Part shown: piece by piece, positions 31,217-40,112 of the stretch
Layout of the letters: each line of letters starts with the position of its first letter
Position numbering within the stretch: the stretch's first letter is position 1
NCBI GenBank assembly: GCA_050299555.1
Contig: JBNKWA010000077.1
Coordinates: 15,490-79,489, forward strand
Source: Paracoccaceae bacterium
GTDB lineage: Bacteria > Pseudomonadota > Alphaproteobacteria > Rhodobacterales > Rhodobacteraceae
Reading direction: 5' to 3'
DNA: 64,000 bases
Translations under genes and position numbers: made by a program
The notes under the pieces: generated by a model
Database searches by the model: none
Seen by the model: only the letters and a program-made list of their open reading frames with translations
What the model was told of the DNA's origin: nothing

Positions 31217-31480
31217 ATGCCGAGTGTTAAGGATCAGATCGTAGCGATCATCGCCGAGCAGGCGGTGCTGGAACCGGAAGACGTGAGGCTGGATTCGACG
31301 CTTGAGGAACTGGGCGTGGACAGTCTGGGCCTGGTCGAGGCGATCTTCGCCATCGAGGAAGCCTTCGACATCCAGGTCCCGTTCAATGCCAACGATCCGG
31401 GTCGGTCCGAGTTCGATATCACCAATGTCAGCGCCATCATCGAGGCGGTGCAGGGGCTTCTGTCCCAGAAGACGGCCTGA
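31217..31480 (+). CDS. Acyl carrier protein (specialised, NodF/AcpXL-like context)
   Basis: MPSVKDQIVAII...LGVDSLGLVEAIFAIEE with the DSL phosphopantetheine Ser. The alternative start at 31193 is less likely. Confidence 0.85.
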   Translation: MPSVKDQIVAIIAEQAVLEPEDVRLDSTLEELGVDSLGLVEAIFAIEEAFDIQVPFNANDPGRSEFDITNVSAIIEAVQGLLSQKTA

Positions 31481-31489
31481 CGCATCCGC

Positions 31490-32698
31490 ATGAAGCGGGT
31501 CGTCATTACCGGCATGGGCGCGGTCTCGGCCCTCGGGCCGTCGGCCGCCGAGACCATGCGCGGGATGCGCGAGGCCGTCTGCGGCATCGGGCCGCTTGAG
31601 TTCGACAATGTCGAGCGCCTCGGCATCCGCATCGGCGGTCAGATACGCGGCTATGATGCCGAGGCGCATTTCACCCGCCAGGAAATCACCCTCTACGATC
31701 CGTTCACCCAGTTCGCCCTCCTGGCCGCCGCCGAGGCGGTGGGCCAGTCCGGCCTCAGCGAGGGCCAGTTCATCGCCGACAATGCCGGGGTCGTGCTGGG
31801 TACCGCCGGCGGCGGGCTGCAGACCCAGGACGAGAACTACCGGCAGGTCTACGAGGAGGCGAAGAACCGCGTCCATCCCTTCGTGGTGCCGCGGCTGATG
31901 AACAGCGCCGCCGCCAGCCATGTCTCCATGGTGCACGGGCTGCGCGGGCCGAGCTTCACCGTCGCCACCGCCTGCGCCTCGTCGAACCATGCGATGGGGC
32001 TGGCGCTGAACCTGATCCGTGGCGGCACCGCCAGCGTCATGCTCACCGGCGGCTCGGAAAGCATGCTGTGCTTCGGCGGCATCAAAGCCTGGGAAGGTCT
32101 GCGGGTGATGGCCAAGGATGCCTGCCGGCCGTTCTCGGCCAATCGAAGCGGCATGGTTCAGGGCGAGGGCGCGGCGATCTTCGTGTTCGAGGAATTCGAG
32201 CACGCGCGCGCCCGCAGCGCCGAGATCCTCGCCGAGGTGGCGGGCTTTGCGATGACCTCGGACGCGTCCGACATCGTCATGCCCAGCCGCGAGGGCGCCA
32301 GTCGGGCCATGCGCCAGGCGCTGGCCGATGCCGGCCTGGCGCCCGAGGCGATCGGTTACATCAACGCCCATGGAACCGGCACGACGGCCAATGACCGCAC
32401 CGAATGTGCCGCCGTGCGCGAGGTCTTCGGCGCCCATGCCGACCGTCTGATGATCTCGTCCACCAAGTCGATGCACGGCCACATCATGGGCGGCACCGGC
32501 GCGGTGGAACTGCTGGCCTGCATCATGGCGCTTCGCGATGGGGTGATCGCACCCACCATCGGCTATGAAGAGCCGGACCCCGACTGCAATCTCGACGTGG
32601 TGCCCAACGTGGCGCGCGAGGCGAAGGTCGGCGCGGTCGCCTCGAACGCCTTCGCCTTCGGCGGGTTGAATGCGGTCCTGGTGCTGAAGTCGGTCTGA
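31490..32698 (+). CDS. Beta-ketoacyl-ACP synthase (KAS I/II family, FabF/NodE-like)
   Basis: 402 aa. Active-site TACASSNHA Cys, His motifs NAHGTGT and KSMHGH. 9 nt after the ACP gene. Confidence 0.9.
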   Translation: MKRVVITGMGAVSALGPSAAETMRGMREAVCGIGPLEFDNVERLGIRIGGQIRGYDAEAHFTRQEITLYDPFTQFALLAAAEAVGQSGLSEGQFIADNAGVVLGTAGGGLQTQDENYRQVYEEAKNRVHPFVVPRLMNSAAASHVSMVHGLRGPSFTVATACASSNHAMGLALNLIRGGTASVMLTGGSESMLCFGGIKAWEGLRVMAKDACRPFSANRSGMVQGEGAAIFVFEEFEHARARSAEILAEVAGFAMTSDASDIVMPSREGASRAMRQALADAGLAPEAIGYINAHGTGTTANDRTECAAVREVFGAHADRLMISSTKSMHGHIMGGTGAVELLACIMALRDGVIAPTIGYEEPDPDCNLDVVPNVAREAKVGAVASNAFAFGGLNAVLVLKSV

Positions 32699-32816
32699 GC
32701 CGGTCGGGGTGCGGGCGCCTGGTGGCCGGATCGCGCCCGGCCACGCCCCGCCCAGCCCACCCGCGTGGCCGGGCGCGATCCGGGTTCTGGCGCTTCGCCG
32801 GCCGGGGCTTGCCATC

Positions 32817-32896
32817 GTCCCCACCGCGTCCCCACCGACGTTAACACTTTAATTGTTTTATTTCAAAGCGTTAGGTATGCGTCCCCGTGGGGACGC
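32817..32896 (-). repeat. GGGGAC-repeat element, copy A1 (80 bp)
   Basis: Forward strand reads GTCCCCAC-CGC-GTCCCCAC-CGACGTTAACACTTT...AT-rich...GCGTCCCCGTGGGGACGC. Confidence 0.8.
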
Positions 32897-32971
32897 CTGT
32901 TCTGGTGCGCAGCTGGTGCCTCTTGGTGCGACAAGGGGCGCGAGATAGGCGGCCCGGCGCGCGACACCGAT

Positions 32972-33039
32972 GTCCCCGGACCGTCCCCACGGGATTTGCC
33001 ACGATTCCAGTACCTTGACCCCCCGTCCCCATGGGGACG
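32972..33039 (-). repeat. GGGGAC-repeat element, copy A2 (68 bp)
   Basis: Forward strand reads GTCCCC-GGACC-GTCCCCAC...CGTCCCCATGGGGACG. Same orientation as A1, 75 bp away. Confidence 0.8.
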
Positions 33040-33071
33040 CTGCTCGCGGGGCGCGATACCGGCGTTGCGGT

Positions 33072-33713
33072 CTATCCGCCGGTCGCCGCCACCAGCGCGT
33101 CGTAGGCAGCGGTGAAGCCGGTCAGCGACAGCGTAAGAACCACGGGCTCCTCGGGCAGTCCGATCGAGCGCAGGGTCACGGTCGCCTTGGCGCCACGCTT
33201 CAGGGTCGACACGCCGCCGTCATCGACGCCGAAACGGGCGAAGCAGCCCGAGCGGGTGCACCAGTTGAAGGGATAGGTGGCAGCGGCATTGGAATCGACC
33301 TGCACCGAAAGTCCCGCCGTCAGCAGCGTGCCGAGCGGCGTCACCACCGTGGCGCCAGCGGTCGCCTCGGCTTCCGCGGGCAGCTTGATCATCGAGAACT
33401 CCACGACCGGGTTGTCGTCCTGATCGCGCAGAAGCTGGTAGAGGAAGCAGTCCGCCTTGTCGGGCGTGCAGCGCAGTTCCCAGTCTCCGAACGCCTCGGT
33501 AATGAACTCCGGTTCGGCCGGCGCGGCGGGTGCCGCTTCCGCTGGATCGGCTGCTGCGGGCGCGTCGGCGGCGTCGGATGCAGCAGGCGCGTCGGCTCCG
33601 ATCTCGGTCTGAACCGAGGCCGCGCCGCTGGCTTCCTGTGCAGTTGCCGCCACTGGCAAAAAGGTCGCCAGGGCAATGGCGGCCAGGCCGCAAAATAGGC
33701 TCTTGCTATGCAT
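33072..33713 (-). CDS. Invasion-associated locus B (IalB) family periplasmic protein
   Basis: 213 aa, signal peptide, Ala/Pro-rich linker, then FGDWELRC...CFLYQ...NWCTRSGCFARF, typical of the IalB family. Confidence 0.8.
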   Translation of the reverse strand: MHSKSLFCGLAAIALATFLPVAATAQEASGAASVQTEIGADAPAASDAADAPAAADPAEAAPAAPAEPEFITEAFGDWELRCTPDKADCFLYQLLRDQDDNPVVEFSMIKLPAEAEATAGATVVTPLGTLLTAGLSVQVDSNAAATYPFNWCTRSGCFARFGVDDGGVSTLKRGAKATVTLRSIGLPEEPVVLTLSLTGFTAAYDALVAATGG

Positions 33714-33820
33714 CCACGTGCCTCGATCATGTCGGTTTTGTCGGGCGCACAGGTGTCACCCCGCGTCGCCGCTGTCAATGTATGCCCGGTCACGATCGCT
33801 TCCGTTGGCGACCCGCCAAC

Positions 33821-33847
33821 AAAAAAGGTACCCCGGAAGGTACCTTT
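33821..33847 (-). terminator. Rho-independent terminator-like hairpin on the minus strand
   Basis: The minus strand reads AAAGGTACC-TTCCGG-GGTACCTTT followed by TTT(G). Immediately followed by a second perfect hairpin GTTGGCG-GGT-CGCCAAC (33804-33820). Confidence 0.5.
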
Positions 33848-33951
33848 CTGCGCTGCCTAGCAGCCTTCTCTCCCTGCCGGACTGGCCGACTTATGGGACG
33901 GCACGCTAGGCGGCGAAATCCCGTCCGTCAACAGTTCGTTGACCTCAATTC
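33821..33951 (-). ncRNA. Candidate roughly 130-nt structured sRNA, or terminated 5' leader of the ialB-like gene
   Basis: Minus-strand TTGCCC-N17-TAAAAA promoter-like element (33986-33958). Predicted stems GUCAAC/GUUGAC, GGACGG/CCGUCC and GCUGC-UAG-GCAGC, then the terminator at 33821-33847. No ORF. Confidence 0.3.
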
Positions 33952-34125
33952 GATCAATTTTTAAAGGCATTCCGGCCGTTGGGCAAAAAAATGGCCGCGC
34001 GAGACGCACGGCCAGTTCAACAGGGAGGAAGTCAGCACCGCCGGGCGATTGCCCCTTGATGCAGTTCCATTGATGACATCAAAAGGTTAACCAAAGATGT
34101 TGCATTCCGCACAATTCTCACGGGG

Positions 34126-35688
34126 ATGGCGAACAGAATGACCGATGGCACCGTTTTTGTGGGTGGCGGTGGAACCGACTACGCCGAGGCGCAGTCGCTG
34201 ATCCTGAAATACGGCAATCGGCACGGTTTGATTGCCGGCGCTACGGGAACCGGCAAGACGGTTACCTTGCAGATCCTTGCCGAAGGACTGTCAGCCGCGG
34301 GCGTGCCGGTATTCCTTTCCGACGTAAAGGGCGACGTCTCCGGCATTGCCGCGGCCGGCAGCCCGGAGCACAAACTTCACGAAAAGCTGGTCGAGCGCGC
34401 CAACAAGATCGGACTGCCGGATTATACCTACCGGTCGTTTCCGGTCACCTTCTGGGATCTTTTCGGCGAAAAGGGCCATCCGGTCCGGACCACGATCAGC
34501 GAGATGGGTCCGCTTCTGCTGTCCCGGCTGCTGGAGCTGAGCGAGGCCCAGGAGGGTGTTCTCAACATCGCCTTCCGAATTGCCGATGACGAGGGATTGC
34601 CGCTGCTCGACCTGAAAGACCTGCGGGCCCTGCTGATCTGGCTCGGCGAGAATGCCAAGGATGTCTCGCTGAAATACGGCAACGTCACGACCGCTTCCAT
34701 TGGTGCGATCCAGCGGCGGCTGATCGTTCTGGAGAACCAGGGCGCGGAGCAGTTCTTTGGCGAGCCGGCGCTGGACCTGACCGACATGATTGCAACCACG
34801 GCCGATGGTGAGGGCCGGGTGAACGTGCTGGCCGCGGATCGGCTGATGGGCTCCCCGCGCCTTTACGCAACGTTCCTTCTGTGGCTTCTGTCCGAGCTTT
34901 TCGAGCAGTTGCCCGAGGTGGGCGACCCGGACAGGCCGGTCTTCGTGTTCTTCTTCGATGAGGCGCATCTGCTGTTCGAGGATGCCCCCAAGGCGCTGGT
35001 CGACAAGGTCGAGCAGGTGGCACGACTGATCCGCTCCAAAGGTGTCGGCGTCTACTTCATCACCCAGAACCCCGACGACGTGCCGGCGGACATTCTGGGC
35101 CAGCTCGGCAACCGGGTGCAGCATGCGCTGCGGGCCTACACGCCACGGGACCAGAAGGCGCTGCGGGCCGCGGCCGAAACGTTCCGTCCCAACCCGGCCT
35201 TCGACACCGAAACCGCGATCCGCGAAGTCGGCACCGGTGAGGCGGTGGTCTCGCTGCTTGAGAATAAAGGTGTGCCCAGTATCGTCGAGCGTACGCTGAT
35301 CCGGCCACCCTCGTCACGGCTGGGCCCGCTGGGGGACGACGAGCGCAAGGCAGCGATGGCCAAATCCCCGCTGGCAGGGCGCTACGATACCCCGGTCGAC
35401 CGCGACAGTGCCAGCGAGATGCTGGCCAGGCGCGCTGACAAGGCGGCCGAGGAAGCTGCCGCGGCCGAGGCGGCGGAAGAGACCCGCGAGTTCAAGAATG
35501 CCCGGCGATACGACGACACAAGCTACTCGGGTGGAAGTGTTCGCAGTAGTACGAACCGCAGCACCAGCCGTTCGCGCAGCGACACCATTGGTGAGACGCT
35601 GGTCAAATCGGTGATCAAGACCGCCACCTCGCGCTCCGGCCAACAGTTCATTCGCGGTGTCCTGGGAAGCCTGTTCAAGTCCCGCTGA
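34126..35688 (+). CDS. DUF853 / HerA-like P-loop ATPase (YjgR family)
   Basis: 520 aa. Walker [13 protein letters not shown], Walker [13 protein letters not shown]. Basic, low-complexity C-terminus. Confidence 0.85.
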   Translation: MANRMTDGTVFVGGGGTDYAEAQSLILKYGNRHGLIAGATGTGKTVTLQILAEGLSAAGVPVFLSDVKGDVSGIAAAGSPEHKLHEKLVERANKIGLPDYTYRSFPVTFWDLFGEKGHPVRTTISEMGPLLLSRLLELSEAQEGVLNIAFRIADDEGLPLLDLKDLRALLIWLGENAKDVSLKYGNVTTASIGAIQRRLIVLENQGAEQFFGEPALDLTDMIATTADGEGRVNVLAADRLMGSPRLYATFLLWLLSELFEQLPEVGDPDRPVFVFFFDEAHLLFEDAPKALVDKVEQVARLIRSKGVGVYFITQNPDDVPADILGQLGNRVQHALRAYTPRDQKALRAAAETFRPNPAFDTETAIREVGTGEAVVSLLENKGVPSIVERTLIRPPSSRLGPLGDDERKAAMAKSPLAGRYDTPVDRDSASEMLARRADKAAEEAAAAEAAEETREFKNARRYDDTSYSGGSVRSSTNRSTSRSRSDTIGETLVKSVIKTATSRSGQQFIRGVLGSLFKSR

Positions 35689-35748
35689 CCGGCGGATTCC
35701 GGCGTCCGGATTCGGCCAGATTACACCCGATTTCGGCCCCCTGACCAA

Positions 35749-35827
35749 GCGTCCCCATGGGGACGCTATGTCAAGCCATTGATAATATTATGTAAAAGTG
35801 TTAACGCCGATGGGGACACGTGGGGAC
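35749..35827 (+). repeat. GGGGAC-repeat element, copy B (79 bp)
   Basis: GCGTCCCCATGGGGACGC...TTGATAATATTATGTAAAAGTGTTAACGCCGA-TGGGGAC-ACG-TGGGGAC. Confidence 0.8.
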
Positions 35828-35876
35828 AGGGCCCCCGCAGAGCCGATGGCGGGGTGGATTGCCGCGCCCGATCCGG

Positions 35877-37175
35877 TCAGCCCAGCTTTCTCAGCCGCAG
35901 CCGCGTCAGGCGGTTCTTTTCGCGCTCAAGCACCTCGATGCGGAAGCCGTGGAAGCTGAACACCTGCCCGGCGGTGGGGATGGTCTGCGCCTCGTGGATC
36001 ACCAGTCCGGCAATGGTATTGGCTTCCGTGTCGGGCAGAGCCCACTCGCAGGCCCGGTTGAGGTCCCTGATCGTCATCGACCCATCGACGGTGACCGTGC
36101 CGTCGCGCTCGCGCTTGACGGTTGTCCCGGCGGTATCGTGCTCGTCGGCGATCTCGCCAACAATTTCCTCGAGAATGTCCTCGAGCGTGATCAGCCCGCT
36201 CAGTGCGCCGTACTCGTCGACAACCAGGGCGAAGTGGCTGCGCCGTCGCAGGAACTCGCGCATCTGGTCGTCAAGAGTGGTGGTTTCCGGGACGAAATAG
36301 GGCTTCATCGCCACCTGCATGACGTCGAAACTGTCAAGCGCGCCGCCGCTGGTCAGTAGCTTGTGCACCGCGCGCAGCAGGTCCTTGGCGTGCAGCACGC
36401 CGACGATGTTCTCTTGGTCGTCGCGGTAGATCGGCAGGCGGGTGTAGGGCGAGCCGAGCGCCTGCTCGAGAATCGCCGCGGGCGGGGTGTCCACGTCGAT
36501 CATCTCGATCGACTGGCGGTGCAGCATGATCTCCTCAACCTCTCGCTCGCCGAGATCGAGAGCGCCGAGGAGCCTGTCGCGGTCGGCCTTTTCCACCGCA
36601 CCCTCGGAGTGGTGCAGCGCAATCGCGCCCGCCAATTCGTCGCGTGCTGAAAGCACATGGGCGCTGGGGTCGGTCTCGACGCCGACGGCGCCCAGCATCC
36701 AGTTGACAAGGGCCCGAACCAGGGTGACGACAGGCGAAAGCGCCAGCACCACCACCTGCACCGGCTGGGCGACCATGCGCGAGGCGCGCTCGGGATTGGT
36801 GATGGCATAGGTCTTCGGCATGACCTCCGAAAAGACCAGCACAAGCGCCGTCATCACCACGGTGGCCACCGCCACACCGCTATCACCCATCAGCCGGGTG
36901 AACAGGCTGGTCGCCAGTGCCGCCGACAGGATGTTGACGATATTGTTGCCCAGCAGCACCGAGCCGATCAGCCGCTCGCTGTCCTCGGTCAGCTTCAAGG
37001 CAGTCTCGGCGCCCCCTTCGCCGCGATCGGCCATCGAGCGCAGCTTGCCGCGGTTCGACGCGGTCAGGGCCGTTTCCGAGCCGGAGAAGAAGGCAGACAG
37101 CATCAGCAGCACCAGGATGGCGATGCCGGTTCCCCACACGGCCAATCCGCCGACCATTGCATCGCCCGTATCCAT
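35877..37175 (-). CDS. Hemolysin/CNNM-family protein (DUF21 TM domain + CBS pair + CorC_HlyC)
   Basis: Start moved to the ATG at 37175 (MDTGDAMVGGLAVWGTGIAILVLLMLSAFFSGSETAL). The upstream 117 codons of the track ORF overlap the xerD 3' region. Confidence 0.9.
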   Translation of the reverse strand: MDTGDAMVGGLAVWGTGIAILVLLMLSAFFSGSETALTASNRGKLRSMADRGEGGAETALKLTEDSERLIGSVLLGNNIVNILSAALATSLFTRLMGDSGVAVATVVMTALVLVFSEVMPKTYAITNPERASRMVAQPVQVVVLALSPVVTLVRALVNWMLGAVGVETDPSAHVLSARDELAGAIALHHSEGAVEKADRDRLLGALDLGEREVEEIMLHRQSIEMIDVDTPPAAILEQALGSPYTRLPIYRDDQENIVGVLHAKDLLRAVHKLLTSGGALDSFDVMQVAMKPYFVPETTTLDDQMREFLRRRSHFALVVDEYGALSGLITLEDILEEIVGEIADEHDTAGTTVKRERDGTVTVDGSMTIRDLNRACEWALPDTEANTIAGLVIHEAQTIPTAGQVFSFHGFRIEVLEREKNRLTRLRLRKLG

Positions 37176-37371
37176 GCTCACGCCCGTATCTGTTGCAGCC
37201 AGGCCCGTGCGGGCCTCTAACTCTCGTATGAGCGCGAAGGATAGCGGATACAAGGTGCCGGCGCCGCGGGATTTTGGACAGATCGATGGTCCGGAGCTGC
37301 TGTTCGGCGGCGCGTATTGACGCGCTGGTGGCCCAGCGAGGAGACGCTGCCGCCCGAGTTGCGGCGCAGCG

Positions 37372-38307
37372 CTATTGTTTCGCCAGCGGGTGGTGCTCCA
37401 GCACCAGTGCCTTGAGGCGCTCTTCCACCACGTGCGTGTAGATCTCGGTGGTGGCGACGCTGGCATGGCCAAGCAGCGTCTGAATGGTCCGCAAGTCCGC
37501 GCCGTGGGCGAGAAGATGGGTTGCAAAGGCGTGACGAAGCGCGTGCGGCGTCAGTCGCTCGGGCGGGATGCCCGCTGTCGGCGCGATCTCCTTGACCAGC
37601 CCGTGAAAACGGACCCGAGTCAGGTGCCCGGCCTTGCCGAAGGACGGGAACAGAAAGACCGAGCGCCGGCCGCCCTGGGCCAGCGCCGCGTCCTCGGCAG
37701 CGTCACGCGCGACCAGCCAGGTCGCTGTAGCCGCACGGGCCGGCACCGACAACGGGACCATGCGCTCGCGCCCGCCCTTGCCCCTGACCAGGATCATCGC
37801 CGGATCGCCGCGCACTGCCGCCACCGGCAGCGACACCAGTTCGCTCACCCTCAGCCCGGTCGCATACAGCAGCTCGAACAGGCAGGCATTGCGCAGGCGC
37901 TCGTTCTCGTTGCGGCCATGTGTATGGGCTGCGGCTAGGAGGCGCGACACTTCCTTCTCGCCCAGGGTGACCGGCAATTTGCGCACCGGCTTGGGGCCGC
38001 TGAGCCGGGCTGCGGGGTTGTCGGTGCGCAGCCCCTCCTCATAGAGAAAGCGGAACAACCCGCGTATGGCCGACAGGCGCCGCGCCCGCGTTGCCGCCGA
38101 CAGGTCCTCGGCCAGCATGGCGCTTGCATAGTCCTCGATGGCGGCCTGGTCGGTGTGCTTCAGGCCGCTGTCCCGCATCGTCAGATAGGCGGTAAAGTCC
38201 CTCAGGTCGCGGCCATAGGCCAGGATCGTATTGCGCGCAGCGTTGCGCTCGGCCTGGATTGCATCGAGAAACAAGGCCACCCACCCCAGGTCCGCATTGG
38301 AACTCAT
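37372..38307 (-). CDS. xerD: Site-specific tyrosine recombinase XerD
   Basis: 311 aa. N-terminal SAM-like domain, catalytic ...HALRHAFATHLLAHGADLRTIQTLLGHASVATTEIYTHV. Confidence 0.9.
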   Translation of the reverse strand: MSSNADLGWVALFLDAIQAERNAARNTILAYGRDLRDFTAYLTMRDSGLKHTDQAAIEDYASAMLAEDLSAATRARRLSAIRGLFRFLYEEGLRTDNPAARLSGPKPVRKLPVTLGEKEVSRLLAAAHTHGRNENERLRNACLFELLYATGLRVSELVSLPVAAVRGDPAMILVRGKGGRERMVPLSVPARAATATWLVARDAAEDAALAQGGRRSVFLFPSFGKAGHLTRVRFHGLVKEIAPTAGIPPERLTPHALRHAFATHLLAHGADLRTIQTLLGHASVATTEIYTHVVEERLKALVLEHHPLAKQ

Positions 38308-39869
38308 GCCTCGTCCTGCAGCAGCAGCATTTCCAGCGCCACCCGCCGCGCCTGGCGCTCCAGCCCGCCCTGTCGCAGGGCATAAAGCGCGGCCTCCAGA
38401 TCGCCGGGGTCGGTTGACAGCCCGGTGTCAAGAAGCCCCAGTGCACCGATCAGCGCCTCCCCGAAGCGCGATCCGAAAAGCGATGCCAGCTGCTCGGCCT
38501 CCACTGTGGGTGGATCGATGGCGGTCAGCCCGGTGATCACCGCCCGCTCGACTTCGCCAAAGGTCGTCGTGCCCGGCAGTGGCCCGGAACCTTCGGCTAG
38601 GGCCTGCAGCAAGCGCTCCGATGGTGTCGGTGAGGTCCGCTGCCAGCGCTGGGCGGCGCCCGGGTCCGCGGCCAGCAGCAGCAGCGTGTGGACCAGGCCG
38701 ATGTCTTCGTCAGGAAATCCGTCGCGGGGCAACGCCTTCAGGGCCTGCCGGTAAGCGTGCGCAAAGGCGTCGCGCAGGCCATTCGCCGAAAACAGCCGGT
38801 CGGCAACTTCCAGCTCTGCGGCAACCGCAGCGACCTTGCCGGTCGCCAGGGCCGTGTCCAGCCGCTGCACGGCCGCGGCGCGATCCCACACGCCGCCCGA
38901 TGCCGCCGGCCGCCCGGCGCGATAGGCCGCAAAAAGCGGTGCCTCGGGAATCGCGCCGCTTCGGACCAGACGCTCGGCCGCCAGCATCCGGCTGCGAATC
39001 GGCGCGTGCTCCGGCAGGTCGAGATGCAGAAAGGCGTTCGGAACGGTGCCGGCGCCGCGCGGCAGGGCCACCGCCTCCCGGATGCTCAGCTCCAGCGGCG
39101 TCATCGGGTCCGAGGGCGGTGGCGCTTCTGTGCCCTCGAAAAGCTGTGGATCCAGAAACCGCGCCAGCAGTTCCTCCTGATCAGCGCCGATCTCTCCGAT
39201 GTCGTGCCCGAGCTTCAGGGTCAGCGCGGCCGCCTTCCAGTCGCCCAGCCGTGCCAGGCAATAGACCCGTGCGGGAAGAGTGGGCGACAGCGACGGACTG
39301 TCGCCGAGCATCGAGCAGTATTCGTCCTGATGCCCGGTCAGCAGGCCGATGTCGAAGCCCCGCCGGAACAGCGCCGGGTCGGTTGGCCCGGCCTCGTCGA
39401 TCAGTGCCTCGGCATTGTCGAGGTCGCCGATCTGAATCAGTCGGTCGATGCGCGCCAGCAGCAGTAGCGGACGCCCCGCACTGCTGGCCGGAGCATCGGT
39501 GCGTGCCAACAGCAGTTGCTTGAACAGTGCCTGTGCCGCGGGAACGCCGTCGGCGCGATGGTTCAGGATCAGCGCTCGCGCCCGCAGGGCCGAAGTGCCG
39601 CCCCAGACATCTTCGGGAAAGCCGGTCTGGGCGGGGGTAAGCAGCCCCAGCCCGTCGCGGTTGACCCCGTCGAGAACTGCAACGCTGATCTCCGTCTCAC
39701 CCTCGGCGGGTTTGGGCAGTTCCGGCGGCGCGGTGCGGACGCTTTCGGTCAGCCATGGAATCGCGCTGCGCGGCCCCTCCGCCAACGCGCTGCCAACGCC
39801 GATCGCCGAGGCGAACATCACCAGGGGCAGGGCCCACACGCTAGGCACGCCTGGCACGGCCACACTCAA
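38304..39869 (-). CDS. Conserved hypothetical secreted/periplasmic helical protein (start uncertain, 39818-39869)
   Basis: Long ORF with coding-like composition. Putative signal peptide ..VPSVWALPLVMFASAIGVGSALA. Stop overlaps the xerD start (ATGA). A TTG at 39869 overlaps the stop of an upstream micro-ORF. No recognisable domain. Confidence 0.6.
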   Translation of the reverse strand: MSVAVPGVPSVWALPLVMFASAIGVGSALAEGPRSAIPWLTESVRTAPPELPKPAEGETEISVAVLDGVNRDGLGLLTPAQTGFPEDVWGGTSALRARALILNHRADGVPAAQALFKQLLLARTDAPASSAGRPLLLLARIDRLIQIGDLDNAEALIDEAGPTDPALFRRGFDIGLLTGHQDEYCSMLGDSPSLSPTLPARVYCLARLGDWKAAALTLKLGHDIGEIGADQEELLARFLDPQLFEGTEAPPPSDPMTPLELSIREAVALPRGAGTVPNAFLHLDLPEHAPIRSRMLAAERLVRSGAIPEAPLFAAYRAGRPAASGGVWDRAAAVQRLDTALATGKVAAVAAELEVADRLFSANGLRDAFAHAYRQALKALPRDGFPDEDIGLVHTLLLLAADPGAAQRWQRTSPTPSERLLQALAEGSGPLPGTTTFGEVERAVITGLTAIDPPTVEAEQLASLFGSRFGEALIGALGLLDTGLSTDPGDLEAALYALRQGGLERQARRVALEMLLLQDEA

Positions 39870-40006
39870 CCGCCGGCGCTGGACGGCGAGACCGGGACCA
39901 CGATCTCCCGCTGCGGCGGCGGCAGTTCCGAAAAGATGGCATAGCCAACCACCCCGACACCGACCAGTATGGCCAGGTAGAAAAGATACCTGAGCAGCCG
40001 CCCCAT
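39866..40006 (-). CDS. Possible 46-aa single-TM micro-protein
   Basis: Not in the track (below 60 aa). MGRLLRYLFYLAILVGVGVVGYAIFSELPPPQREIVVPVSPSSAGG. GAGAGG-like RBS about 8 nt upstream. Its TGA overlaps the TTG of the next ORF (TTGA). Confidence 0.35.
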   Translation of the reverse strand: MGRLLRYLFYLAILVGVGVVGYAIFSELPPPQREIVVPVSPSSAGG

Positions 40007-40112
40007 CGCCTTGCCTCTCGCGCGGGATCTCGTGGTCCCGCTGCTTGTTTCTGCGGTGGAACTTAGCCGCTTGCATGGTTTACATCAATGCCAAGCGGGC
40101 TGACGGAGCGGT

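Noticed and set aside
32817-33039. Possibility that the GGGGAC repeats form a CRISPR array, or are simple terminators of the convergent genes.
   Set aside because: There are only two adjacent units, with no regular repeat-spacer periodicity and no cas genes. The palindromes are not followed by U tracts on either strand, and the extra direct repeats are unexplained by a terminator role.
33855-33900. SRP (4.5S) RNA-like words (CAGUCCGGCAGGGAGAGAAGGCUGC) in the candidate RNA.
   Set aside because: It lacks the conserved GGAA tetraloop and the AGGUCCGGAAGGAAGCAGC helix-8 motif. The similarity is superficial.
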